NCBI GenBank assembly: GCA_963666315.2
Contig: CAXXHG010000039.1
Span: 105,608-169,607, forward strand
Length of the DNA stretch: 64,000 nucleotides
Origin: Candidatus Binatia bacterium
Lineage (GTDB): Bacteria; Desulfobacterota; Binatia; Bin18
Reading direction: 5' to 3'
The notes beneath the pieces are model-generated. The model was given only the letters and a program-made list of their open reading frames with translations. It made no database searches and had not been told where the DNA came from. The position numbers were made by a program, and so were the translations under genes. Shown piece by piece: positions 44,719 through 53,941 of the stretch (positions are counted from its first letter, which is position 1; each line of letters starts with the position of its first letter).

Positions 44719-45939
44719 ATGTGTGGACTATCCGTTGCTTTTGCTTTGCTCCTTGGTTTGTTGCCGGTCTGTCTACAGGTCATTCTGATTGATGTATCGT
44801 CGGCCTGGGGCCAATACGAGGTGGAAGAAGAGAGCCCGGTGTGGGTGCGCGGTCTGCTTGACGTCCGCATAGCGCGTAGCGGGCGCTCCTCAAGCTGGAC
44901 GAGCCGAGGACCGGGCAAGACCCGCTATGGTGGCCGCGAGACCGCACGGGCGACCCGCCTCTCCGTCTCGCAGCTCGCGCTCGAACTGGGCGCTGCTCTG
45001 CCCTGGGACATGGTTGCCCGCGCTCAGCTCAATTGGGATCCTGACGGCTATACTAATGATCGTCCGCTGCTCATCGAAGCCTATCTCCGCAAAGAGTGGG
45101 GAGAATGGGCGCAGGGCTGGGGGCTCCAGACCGGAGTCATGAATATGCCCTTCTCGCTGGAGCACACCGGTCCGGCCTGGACGCCGCAGTACACCCTGAC
45201 GCCCTCAGCGCTCAATTCATGGCTGTGGGAAGAAGGCCATCTGGTCGGCATAGAAGGCGAATGGTGGCGTGTGATCCAGAGCCGGCTACGCCTGGGTCTG
45301 CTTTTGGGGAGTGGTTTTGGACAAGACCAGGCGGGCCATCTGTTAGCCGTGCGGGGCTGGGTACTGAGCGATGCGCTGCATGGCGTGAATAGCGATCTGC
45401 CTTTACCCGCACGGGGACAGCACGTGCCCGCTTTTGACGAACAGGATAACCGCCCCTCGATCTATGCCTGGTTGACCGTGCGTGATCTTCGGCGACAGGC
45501 AGAGCTGGGCATCGGATACTTCGACAATCTTGGTGATCAAGACGAGCGCGGGGTATGGGGAACGCGTTTTGGAACCCTGGGTGTTATTCTCCATCCGCTG
45601 CCACAAGTGGATTTCGTGAGCCAGTATCTCGTCGGGGAGGCGCGTCACCGTCCGTGTCGGTGTGGTGTCAGCTTCCATGCGTTCTATGCTCTGCTGTCCT
45701 GGCACCACCGCAGCCATCGTATCAGTGCACGCTACGACGTATTCCGGACCCACAATCAGGATGGTCTGCCCAACTATCGGGATCGCGGTGACGCCGTGAC
45801 CCTGGCCTATCTGTTTGAATTCGGCCTGCAGCACAGGGTAGGGTTTGAATATATATTTGTTCAGAGTCGGCATGCGCAGCCCTTTCGCTCGTCGCCTTCC
45901 GACGATGGGGGGCAACTCAGTTACCGGTTCCGGTATTAG
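44719..45939 (+). CDS. putative outer-membrane beta-barrel protein
   Basis: Signal peptide, alternating amphipathic strands, C-terminal QLSYRFRY beta-signal. Confidence 0.75.
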   Translation: MCGLSVAFALLLGLLPVCLQVILIDVSSAWGQYEVEEESPVWVRGLLDVRIARSGRSSSWTSRGPGKTRYGGRETARATRLSVSQLALELGAALPWDMVARAQLNWDPDGYTNDRPLLIEAYLRKEWGEWAQGWGLQTGVMNMPFSLEHTGPAWTPQYTLTPSALNSWLWEEGHLVGIEGEWWRVIQSRLRLGLLLGSGFGQDQAGHLLAVRGWVLSDALHGVNSDLPLPARGQHVPAFDEQDNRPSIYAWLTVRDLRRQAELGIGYFDNLGDQDERGVWGTRFGTLGVILHPLPQVDFVSQYLVGEARHRPCRCGVSFHAFYALLSWHHRSHRISARYDVFRTHNQDGLPNYRDRGDAVTLAYLFEFGLQHRVGFEYIFVQSRHAQPFRSSPSDDGGQLSYRFRY

Positions 45940-45948
45940 AAGAGGAAT

Positions 45949-46623
45949 ATGCGGTCGTTACTGAAAGCGAGCACGTTTAGAGTCGCTCTGAGCCTTGGAA
46001 GCTGGCTCGCGCTTACCGAGTGTTCTTTTGCGCTTGCTGGAGAGATCAACGGACGTGTGATCGGGCCGGATGGTGAGGGCATCGCCCAGGCTGTGGTGTT
46101 TGTCCAGACGCTGCCTGACGGGGTCTCCCCACTGGCTCCACCGGCCGCAGCTCATATGGATCAGGTGAACGAGCAATTCGCTCCGACTCTCTTACCGATT
46201 CCTGTGGGGACAGCGGTCTCTTTCCCCAACCAGGATCAGATCCACCACCATGTGTATTCTTTTTCTCGGGCCAAGCGCTTTGAAATCCCTTTATATAGAG
46301 GAGAAGAGGAAGCGCCCATCATTTTTGACAAGGAGGGTGTCGTGAAGCTCGGGTGTAATATCCACGACTGGATGGCGGGTATTATTCTCGTCGTACCCAC
46401 ACCTTTTTACGCTGTCACCGCAGGCGACGGCTCGTTTACCCTACGCGATCTTCCTGCGGCGACGTATCCGGTGGTGAGCTGGCACGCGCGCAGTCAGACC
46501 TCGCTTGAGGAGACGCTTCAACAGGTCTCAGTAGACGAGCAGGTGCCTAACGTCACATTCTCCTTGACTCTCAAGTCCGGCGGTTCTCGTCGTCCTATAC
46601 GAGGCTCGCGAGGCTACCGATGA
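45949..46623 (+). CDS. periplasmic cupredoxin-like / carboxypeptidase-regulatory-like domain protein
   Basis: Signal peptide; FPNQDQIHHHVYSFS and GCNIHDWM. Confidence 0.8.
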   Translation: MRSLLKASTFRVALSLGSWLALTECSFALAGEINGRVIGPDGEGIAQAVVFVQTLPDGVSPLAPPAAAHMDQVNEQFAPTLLPIPVGTAVSFPNQDQIHHHVYSFSRAKRFEIPLYRGEEEAPIIFDKEGVVKLGCNIHDWMAGIILVVPTPFYAVTAGDGSFTLRDLPAATYPVVSWHARSQTSLEETLQQVSVDEQVPNVTFSLTLKSGGSRRPIRGSRGYR

Positions 46624-48326
46624 CATGGTGGGTGCGCAGTCGTCTGCGTACCAAAATTTTTCTGGCCTTTTCCGGCTTGATTCTGGCCGTTCTGCTCTCG
46701 ACCTTGTGGTTCACGCAGCTTTTCGTAAGCCGTCAGGTCCAAGCGACGCTCAAGGAAGAACTCCTCACCACCGGGCAAGTCTTTCAAGGGCTCATTGCGG
46801 AACGGGCGACACGACTCCTGACAAATACGACCCTGCTCGCTGCCGACTTTGCGCTCAAGCAGGTCCTGGTGACATATCACTCGCCCACGCTGTCTTCTGT
46901 TGCCCGGAACTATCAGCAGCGGATCGGTGTGGACTTGCTGTGGATTACGGATGAAGAGGGGAATCTGCTTGGAGATTCTCGCGGAATTCCGAGTGCAAGC
47001 GTCGAGCTGGCGACATTGTCTGCACTCTCACCAGTGCTCGCCACCGAGGAAGCGTTAGCCGTTATCAGTGTGGTAGATGGGACGCTTTTTCAGTTGGCGG
47101 CTGTTCCTATTCTCGGACCCGATGCCATCGGTTTTCTGGTGCTGGGCCAAGGGATTGATGACCGCACGGCTCGCCAATTGCGTGATGATACTGGCTCGCA
47201 TGTGTCTTTTGTGACGCAGGAAAATTTTTTTGCTTCTTCCTGGCCTCGCGAGGTAGCCAGCGGAAATCTGCTGCGGCGCAGACTGCGTGATGAGTTGCCG
47301 CGTGACATGCAAGAACAAACGCGGTTAGTCACGGTGGCGGGAGAACGTTTCCTGTCTCTTGCCGTTGTCATCGAATCTCAGCTTCCTGTTCCGCTGTACG
47401 CCTTTATCCAGCGTTCCTATGACGAGGCGCTTGCGCCTCTGTCTGCTCTGCGCTGGCGGATTATCCTTATTGGTGGTGGAGCATTAGTCATTGCACTGTT
47501 TATTGGTGGAAGGCTTGCCGGTGGAATGACGGCGCCTATCCAGACTCTGGTGCATGGCATGCGAGAAGTGCTCAACGGCAATCTCGATTTACGATTGCAC
47601 GTCACGAGAGAAGACGAGCTTGGATTTCTGGCCCAATCGTTTGATGAGATGGTCGAAGGGCTCGCGGAGAAGGAACGGATTCGAGATACGTTTGGGCGCT
47701 TTGTGTCACGCTCGGTTGCGGAGGCAGTTCTTGAGGGCAAAGGGGCGCTGCGAGGAGAGAAACGCGAGGTCTGCATTCTTTTCCAAGATATCCGCGGTTT
47801 TACCGCTATCAGTGAGCGCACCGATCCTGCGGCACTGCTGAATATGCTGAACCAGTTTTTTACGGAGATCGTCGCGGCTGTTGAGGCTGAGGGTGGCATC
47901 GTCAAGCAATTCACCGGCGATGGGGTGATGGCCTTATTCGGTGCGCCGGTCAAGCATGACGACGACTCGGCACGGGCCGTACGCGCAGCGCTGGATATGG
48001 TTGAGCGTCTGGCTGATTTGAATATCCGTTTGGTTGCCCAGGATTTACCGGCCATTCGGATAGGCGTAGGCATTCATACTGGCGAGGTCGTGGCTGGGCA
48101 GATCGGCCCAGACGAACGCATTGAGTACGGCGTTGTGGGTGATCCGGTCAATTTGGCCAGCCGCATTGAAGGACTGACAAAGGACATGCAAACAACCATC
48201 CTTGTGTCTGAATCGACAGCGACTCTGCTTGGACCGGGTTTTAGCTTGGGCCGTTCGGCCATGTTCCCGGTGAAAGGCAAAAAAGAGCCGGTGCGGGTGG
48301 TTGAGGTATTAGGATATGATGTCTAG
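46620..48326 (+). CDS. membrane adenylate/guanylate cyclase with periplasmic sensor and HAMP domain
   Basis: Two TM helices, DELGFLAQSFDEM (HAMP), FQDIRGFT, FTGDGVMA, GDPVNLASRIE. Confidence 0.92.
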   Translation: MTWWVRSRLRTKIFLAFSGLILAVLLSTLWFTQLFVSRQVQATLKEELLTTGQVFQGLIAERATRLLTNTTLLAADFALKQVLVTYHSPTLSSVARNYQQRIGVDLLWITDEEGNLLGDSRGIPSASVELATLSALSPVLATEEALAVISVVDGTLFQLAAVPILGPDAIGFLVLGQGIDDRTARQLRDDTGSHVSFVTQENFFASSWPREVASGNLLRRRLRDELPRDMQEQTRLVTVAGERFLSLAVVIESQLPVPLYAFIQRSYDEALAPLSALRWRIILIGGGALVIALFIGGRLAGGMTAPIQTLVHGMREVLNGNLDLRLHVTREDELGFLAQSFDEMVEGLAEKERIRDTFGRFVSRSVAEAVLEGKGALRGEKREVCILFQDIRGFTAISERTDPAALLNMLNQFFTEIVAAVEAEGGIVKQFTGDGVMALFGAPVKHDDDSARAVRAALDMVERLADLNIRLVAQDLPAIRIGVGIHTGEVVAGQIGPDERIEYGVVGDPVNLASRIEGLTKDMQTTILVSESTATLLGPGFSLGRSAMFPVKGKKEPVRVVEVLGYDV

Positions 48327-48330
48327 TTGC

Positions 48331-49005
48331 TCACCACTTCCCCCGTCGAGTGGGGAACTGCTGTGCCTCGGCCAGGCGCTGGAGAAAGTCCGCCCGAGGA
48401 ATGAGATAGGCACCGAGCCGCTGCAGATGCGGATTGGTGATCTGACAATCGATCAGACTAAACTGCCACGCCAGTAGTTTTTGGGTCAGCGTACAGAACA
48501 CAACCTTAGAGGCATTTGAGACGCGTTTGAACATCGACTCGCCAAAAAACGCGCGCCCCAGACTGACCCCATAGATGCCCCCCGCCAGCTCGCCGTTTAC
48601 CCACGCCTCGGCGGAATGGGCAAACCCGGCCTCGTACAATGCGCAATACGCTTCTACTATTTCAGGCGTAATCCAGGTTCCTTCACCGGCGCGCATACGT
48701 GTCTCTGCACACGCATAAATAACCTCTTCAAACGCCCGGTCAAAGGTGACCGTGAAGCGTTCTTGGCGCAGCAGGCGACGCAGGCTGCGCGAAATGTGGA
48801 AGCCGTCCGGATCGATCACACAGCGTTGCGGCGGGCTCCACCACAATATAGGGGAATCATCTCCATACCAGGGAAAAATTCCTAATTCATACGCGTGCAG
48901 CAAGCGTTCGGGGTTCAGGTCGCCGCCGACAGCTAAGAGGCCGTCGAGATTTGCCCATTCCGGATTGGGAAAGCCGAGTTCGTCGGTGAGTTGATAGATT
49001 GGCAT
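48331..49005 (-). CDS. aat: leucyl/phenylalanyl-tRNA--protein transferase
   Basis: GLLAVGGDL, GIFPW, WWSP, FFGESMF, IDCQ. Confidence 0.96.
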   Translation of the reverse strand: MPIYQLTDELGFPNPEWANLDGLLAVGGDLNPERLLHAYELGIFPWYGDDSPILWWSPPQRCVIDPDGFHISRSLRRLLRQERFTVTFDRAFEEVIYACAETRMRAGEGTWITPEIVEAYCALYEAGFAHSAEAWVNGELAGGIYGVSLGRAFFGESMFKRVSNASKVVFCTLTQKLLAWQFSLIDCQITNPHLQRLGAYLIPRADFLQRLAEAQQFPTRRGKW

Positions 49006-49216
49006 GGGGACACCGTGCGTCAGACTGGACCGCTGCTTTGATATTACCGCTCACGGAATGGGAATGCAGCACGGCTTCTCATCACGCATCGTTCAACGCA
49101 TCGTTCCGAAAACCGTATGGCGTGTCAATTGGACCTGGCTGAACCTGCCTCTCAGGTTCTTGCTTTTTGGTCTCAAATGGAAGACAAGGACAAAATACAC
49201 TCGAACAAGGAGGGCG

Positions 49217-49810
49217 ATGATGGACAGGGTCAGCAAGGTGCCATTTGATCAGGTTGATGCAGAACTCCAAGCCGTGATGCGCGAGTATGACCAAGAATTG
49301 GGCGGTTCGGAGTTCGTGCAGGTGTTTGCCCATGCGCCTGAGGTCTTTAAGTCCTTCATTAATTTCTATTTCCCTTTAGTCTCGAACGAACGGGGAAACG
49401 TTAATCTCAAGATCACCGAGCTGACACGACTCAAAGTCGCCGAACGCAATGACTGCAACCTTTGAATGCACGCCCGGTTTGCCTTGGCAAGGCAACAAGG
49501 AGTGACAGAAGAACTTATCGCAGAACTACCGCAGTATGAAGGCAGCGTGCTGCTCACCCCACGGGAAAAATCGGCCATCCGCTTTGCCGACATCCTCGCC
49601 GGAGATCAGGGTCAGGCTTCCCGAGAGCTGTTTGACACATTGCGCCAACATTTTACTGAACCGGAAATCCTGGAATTAGGCTGGCGGATTGCGACGTTTA
49701 TTGGCTACGGCCGCTTGATCCATGTCCTCGGCTTAGAGATTGGACAGACCTGCTCGCTGCATACTGGGGAGTCCGAAGCAGAACAGGACGCGCCGGTAGC
49801 GGCCAAGTAA
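49217..49810 (+). CDS. AhpD/carboxymuconolactone decarboxylase-family selenoprotein (TGA=Sec at 49463-49465)
   Basis: ELTRLKVAERNDCNL-TGA-MHARF (CxxU), same frame on both sides; AAGGAGG RBS; hairpin after the TGA. Confidence 0.8.
49479..49495 (+). promoter_or_regulatory. putative bacterial SECIS hairpin
   Basis: ttgcctt-ggc-aaggcaa; G-containing loop about 20 nt after the in-frame TGA. Confidence 0.6.
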
Positions 49811-49873
49811 AGCCACTCATGGCAGGGTCATGAGATTGGAGGCCGGGTGAGCGTAGCGTCGCTCGGCCAGAGA

Positions 49874-50086
49874 CTATGCACGATCAAGTGAGGAGTTGAG
49901 CCTTTTGAGAAGCTCCTCTGCTGAGACGGGTGGTGCGGCCGGCGGCAGGGGAAGACGCTCGCTGACCTGCTGAGGCGTCGATCGAATTGGGAGAGTCGTG
50001 TAACGCGCCGGAGTGCAATGGCTCAGAACAAGACACAGCACGAGCGCGGAGGCGAACGGTGTGAGGAGTTTCGATACACTGCCCAT
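49874..50086 (-). CDS. small exported/lipoprotein-like peptide, possibly truncated
   Basis: Hydrophobic N-terminus ending LSHC; Pro-rich tail. Confidence 0.45.
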   Translation of the reverse strand: MGSVSKLLTPFASALVLCLVLSHCTPARYTTLPIRSTPQQVSERLPLPPAAPPVSAEELLKRLNSSLDRA

Positions 50087-50094
50087 TTTCGAAA

Positions 50095-50352
50095 TTAGTC
50101 CAGCGTCTTCTCGTCTTTTGTTTTGAGTTGGGCGTCGTTCTCTTGCATGAATGTGCGGATGTCATCAGCAATAGCAAGCAGCTTCTCCCACTGTTCTTTG
50201 TATAAAGTGAAGGGAAAGCGGCCGAGGCCGTAGACTGAAACGCCACCCTTGGCGCTCACCTTCAGCGAGAGCCCTGTTGATGAACGAGTTTTGAGCGCGG
50301 TATTTTCCGCCCGCAGACGCTCAATCTCAGCCTGCGTATCTTCTTCTGCCAT
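50095..50352 (-). CDS. small hypothetical protein
   Basis: GAGGAAG RBS; coiled coil followed by KVSAKGGVSVYGLGRFPFTLYKEQW. Confidence 0.8.
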   Translation of the reverse strand: MAEEDTQAEIERLRAENTALKTRSSTGLSLKVSAKGGVSVYGLGRFPFTLYKEQWEKLLAIADDIRTFMQENDAQLKTKDEKTLD

Positions 50353-50411
50353 TGTCCTGCTTCCTCTCTTGCTGTGAACCACCGGGACTATCGTCGGATA
50401 GGCTCTTTGTA

Positions 50412-51491
50412 TCAAAGCTGGGAGGGATGGGCTACTGCATGCGCGGCTTCGGCCAGGAGAACGGCCCGGTGGTCAAAGTCGCTGAGGCGATCGTCTTGCA
50501 GCTGTCCGTTTTTGTACAAGACAAAGAGCTGGAGACAGACCACGGCGGTTTTCCAGCAAGCGAACGTTTCGTAAAAATCGATACTACCTACGTCGCGGCC
50601 GCTGCGCTGGGCATAGCGCTGGACGAGTTCGTCGCGAGAACAGAATCCGGGCAAGATGGGTATCTGGGCCAGTTCCTGTCTGTTTGGGGGATCGTCACAC
50701 TGGACCCAATAGTTGCGCAGCAGTCCTAGATCGATTAAGGGATCACCGAGCGTACACTGATCCCAATCAAAAAGGGCGACAATCCGGGTAATGTCCGACG
50801 GATCCAACATCAGGTTGTCGAGCTTGTAGTCGTTGTGCAACAGGGTAGGGGCTGGCGAAGTGGGCAGATGCTCGGCCAGCCACTGCCCGAGTTCATCCAT
50901 GAGGGGCAAATCTTCTGCCTTGGCCTGCTCCCAGCGCTTGCGCCAATTCCGTACCTGGCGCTCTACAAAGCCGTCAGGCTTACCCAGTGTTTCGAGCCCG
51001 ACGGCTCGATAGTCTACGGCATGGAGGTCAACCAGTGTGTCCACAACCGCTTCGCTCAGACGTGTATACACGTCTGGCTGATTGAGATGCTCCGTCGGCA
51101 TCTCTTTATGTATGACCAAGCCGCTTCTCCGTTCCATGACAAAAAACGGCGCACCCAGGACGCTGTCGTCATCACAAAAGAAATACGGACGCGAGGCCGG
51201 TGGGAAGACTTGCCACAAAGCGGACAGCGCCCGGAACTCTCGTGCCATGTCATAGGCCCCCACGGCAAGCGGGCCGCTGGGCGGACGACGCAGCACATAT
51301 TCGTGAGACCCAAAGCGCAACAAATAAGTTAAGTTGGCATGACCGCCAGCAAATTGGACGACCTCAAGCGGGCCGTCAGGATTCGGCAACCGCTCACGCA
51401 CGTACGAATCAACAACTGCAATATCAAGGGTCGCTTCGGGGCGAACCGAAACTGTTTCCGGTTCAGTCCAGCCTGGCGGGGTACGGTCCAT
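50412..51491 (-). CDS. phosphotransferase (APH/ACAD10-N-like) family protein
   Basis: GGHANLTY, VLRRPP, HNDYKLDN, FDWD, GDPLIDLG. Confidence 0.9.
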   Translation of the reverse strand: MDRTPPGWTEPETVSVRPEATLDIAVVDSYVRERLPNPDGPLEVVQFAGGHANLTYLLRFGSHEYVLRRPPSGPLAVGAYDMAREFRALSALWQVFPPASRPYFFCDDDSVLGAPFFVMERRSGLVIHKEMPTEHLNQPDVYTRLSEAVVDTLVDLHAVDYRAVGLETLGKPDGFVERQVRNWRKRWEQAKAEDLPLMDELGQWLAEHLPTSPAPTLLHNDYKLDNLMLDPSDITRIVALFDWDQCTLGDPLIDLGLLRNYWVQCDDPPNRQELAQIPILPGFCSRDELVQRYAQRSGRDVGSIDFYETFACWKTAVVCLQLFVLYKNGQLQDDRLSDFDHRAVLLAEAAHAVAHPSQL

Positions 51492-51560
51492 CAGTACTCC
51501 TTCTTTATAATCTCCTGGGGCAGGTCTTTACCATGAATAATTGACAAAAGCCAAAGGTTG

Positions 51561-51932
51561 CTAAAACAATCTGCCCAGCAAGACGCCACAAAAAACGGCC
51601 AGCAAACCAACGGCAACGCTGCCCAAAACATTCAGTAGGCCGAAGAGGACGGTTCCTTGTTGAAATAATTGCATTGACTCATAGGTGAACGTGGAGAATG
51701 TCGTATAGGCGCCTAGGAAGCCGGCTACGAAAAAGTGCCGCTGCGGGGATTCGAGGAGCGCTCGATCATGCAGGATGGCGATAGCTATACCGAGGAGAAA
51801 GCTGCCGCTGATATTGGCGATAAATGTACCGTATGGAAAGTTGGCTCCGAGCAAGCGAGCGGCCCAACTTGAAACAAGGAAGCGCGCATTTGCACCTAAA
51901 AACCCGCCAAGTCCAATTAAAAGATATTGCAT
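51561..51932 (-). CDS. crcB: fluoride efflux channel CrcB/FluC
   Basis: GGFLGANAR, PYGTF, GFLGAYTTFSTF. Confidence 0.96.
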   Translation of the reverse strand: MQYLLIGLGGFLGANARFLVSSWAARLLGANFPYGTFIANISGSFLLGIAIAILHDRALLESPQRHFFVAGFLGAYTTFSTFTYESMQLFQQGTVLFGLLNVLGSVAVGLLAVFCGVLLGRLF

Positions 51933-52101
51933 GCTGGTACTCTCCCTGGGGCACGTTGCTTTACTTAACGAAGCATTTTACAAAGAGACAGTAAGTCGTC
52001 CTAGAATATGTGTATCTGTATGCCACGTTATTGACTGATGAGACCTGACAGTCTTTAGTAACGGCACGGAAGCAGAGGAAAAGACACGAGGAGGAAAGAC
52101 G

Positions 52102-52722
52102 ATGGACGATATTTTACAAGCGTTATTCCGGTGGATTCATTTGTTGGCCGGTATTACCTGGATTGGCCTACTGTACTATTTCAATTTAATCAACGCCCAC
52201 TTCCAAGGCGCACTCGAAGCGGACGTGCGTAAGCAGGTGGTGCCCCAACTCATGCCGCGGACGCTGTGGTGGTTCCGCTGGGGAGCCATGTTTACCTTTC
52301 TCTCTGGTCTGTTGATGATCTTGTGGAAGTATTTTCTCCTGGGCAGTGGCTTTACCGGCGATGCGGGCTTATTTGGTTCGAGCGCGGGACTGTGGCTTAC
52401 CATGGGTGCGCTGTTCGGAACGATTATGTGGTTCAATGTCTGGTTCATCATTTGGCCGGCCCAGCAGCAGATTATTACTGCAGTCGTGAAGGGTGAGGCT
52501 CCAGACCCGGCATTGCCCAAGAAGGCCCTGCTGGCTTCTCGAGCGAATACGTTTCTGTCCGTGCCCATGCTCTTCGGCATGATAGCCGGCGCCGGGCATT
52601 ACCCGTCTCTTACTTTTGGGCCGCTGTGGCTGATTATCGTACTGGGGCTCGGCTTTGGTCTGTCGTATCACATGATCTTTCAGATTGGTGGCAAGGTTGC
52701 CAAGGAATGGCCGGTGGATTAG
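52102..52722 (+). CDS. urate hydroxylase PuuD-like membrane protein (no cytochrome c domain)
   Basis: RWIHLLAGITWIGLLYYFN, WFRW, IMWFNVWFIIWPAQ, SRANT. Confidence 0.8.
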   Translation: MDDILQALFRWIHLLAGITWIGLLYYFNLINAHFQGALEADVRKQVVPQLMPRTLWWFRWGAMFTFLSGLLMILWKYFLLGSGFTGDAGLFGSSAGLWLTMGALFGTIMWFNVWFIIWPAQQQIITAVVKGEAPDPALPKKALLASRANTFLSVPMLFGMIAGAGHYPSLTFGPLWLIIVLGLGFGLSYHMIFQIGGKVAKEWPVD

Positions 52723-52751
52723 GACCGGACTCTTTATTTTTCGTCAAACAA

Positions 52752-52778
52752 GAGAGGGGCCGTAAACCGCCCCTCTCG
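52752..52778. terminator. hairpin between convergent genes
   Basis: gagagggg...cccctctc. Confidence 0.55.
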
Positions 52779-52783
52779 TCACT

Positions 52784-53539
52784 CTACCTGGCCGTAAACG
52801 TCAGTCTGACGACCTCTTCCCCTTTGGCCGAAAGAGAAATCTTTTGTGACTGGACCCCAAAGCGTTCGTGCCAGGCTTCGAGAGTGTATTCACCTGACGG
52901 CACGTTTTGCAGAGTGAAGGTCCCGTCCGATCCACTCAATGCAAAATAGGGGTGATCGAACACGCCGACATATCCACGCATCCAGCCGTGAATGTCACAT
53001 TTGACTTCAATGCCGGTCTCTTCCGCGCCGATGCTCATCGTGCGTGAGGCGCCCTTGAGGCCCAGACTGAAATTCCACTGCGAAGAATTGGCGGGCAGTC
53101 CGTGCACATTATGGGCCGTGTGGTCGCTGTTTAAATAGCGAATCCGCTGATCGACTTGGGCCGCCATCACGCGCGGAAGAAAGACACAGCCTTTTTGGTC
53201 ATTCTGGACCGGCTGTTCAGGAACAGCAAAAACACGATCTCCAAGTCCGTGTTTGATATACACCAGCGTGTTTTGGAGTTTGCCGTTTGTCACGAGTACG
53301 TCGCCGGCGTACACCGTGCCTTCATGTTGGGCTGCACATTCCGACCAGCCACCGAGTTGGAGTACGCTTTGCTCTGGCACTGGCCCTTCGAAATGAATGC
53401 TGCCGGAGATGGTGCCCACACGAGACATATCAAGCGGGGTAGGTTGGCGGGGTGGTTTTGGTGGACCCGATTCGCCGCAGGCAGAGAGGAGGGTAGTAAG
53501 ACTGAGGTATACGAGCGCAAAAGATAGGAAGTGGTTCAT
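52784..53539 (-). CDS. lipoprotein with cupredoxin-like and carboxypeptidase-regulatory-like domains
   Basis: LSAC lipobox; DQKGC, HNVH, KCDIHGWM, HPYFA, WHE. Confidence 0.8.
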   Translation of the reverse strand: MNHFLSFALVYLSLTTLLSACGESGPPKPPRQPTPLDMSRVGTISGSIHFEGPVPEQSVLQLGGWSECAAQHEGTVYAGDVLVTNGKLQNTLVYIKHGLGDRVFAVPEQPVQNDQKGCVFLPRVMAAQVDQRIRYLNSDHTAHNVHGLPANSSQWNFSLGLKGASRTMSIGAEETGIEVKCDIHGWMRGYVGVFDHPYFALSGSDGTFTLQNVPSGEYTLEAWHERFGVQSQKISLSAKGEEVVRLTFTAR

Positions 53540-53699
53540 AACTGCTTCCTCTTAAAACTATGTCGAGCGAGCGTAGCGCTGGCTCTCATCATCTCCACTT
53601 TTCTCTTCTTTTATTTTGCGACGGAGTAGGGCGCCTCTCAGAACGTGAGTCCGAGAGGCGTTTTTGTTAGTCCATCTTTTCAAGGACTTTCTGGAGGGC

Positions 53700-53867
53700 C
53701 TACGTGTGGGTGTTGAGTGTGTCGGCTATTACTTGGCGCTCGGTGTTGCCTCGGCCCATCACATGGATGCCGTAGTCCAGGACTGCCAAGCCGGCGATGC
53801 CGATCAGTGAGCTTATCAGCTCTGCTGGAGTAAGGGGCTAGCTGGCAACGATCTGACTGAGTTCCAT
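53700..53867 (-). pseudogene. small single-TM protein with in-frame TAG at codon 10
   Basis: GGGAGG RBS; MELSQIVAS*PLTPAELISSLIGIAGLAVLDYGIHVMGRG... Confidence 0.5.
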
Positions 53868-53941
53868 TCTGACCTCCCGTTGAGTGATTCTCTTTCATTC
53901 CGTCCATGTTTCAACTAGAGCGAAAGAATGGGACGAGGACC

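Noticed and set aside
51933-52101. Fluoride riboswitch upstream of crcB
   Set aside because: Could not find the GGCGAUGG...CUGAUG core in the correct orientation; an Rfam scan would be decisive
53680-53907. 75-aa ORF from the track as a real gene
   Set aside because: No RBS and non-protein-like composition; the overlapping frame 53700-53867 has the RBS and TM segment
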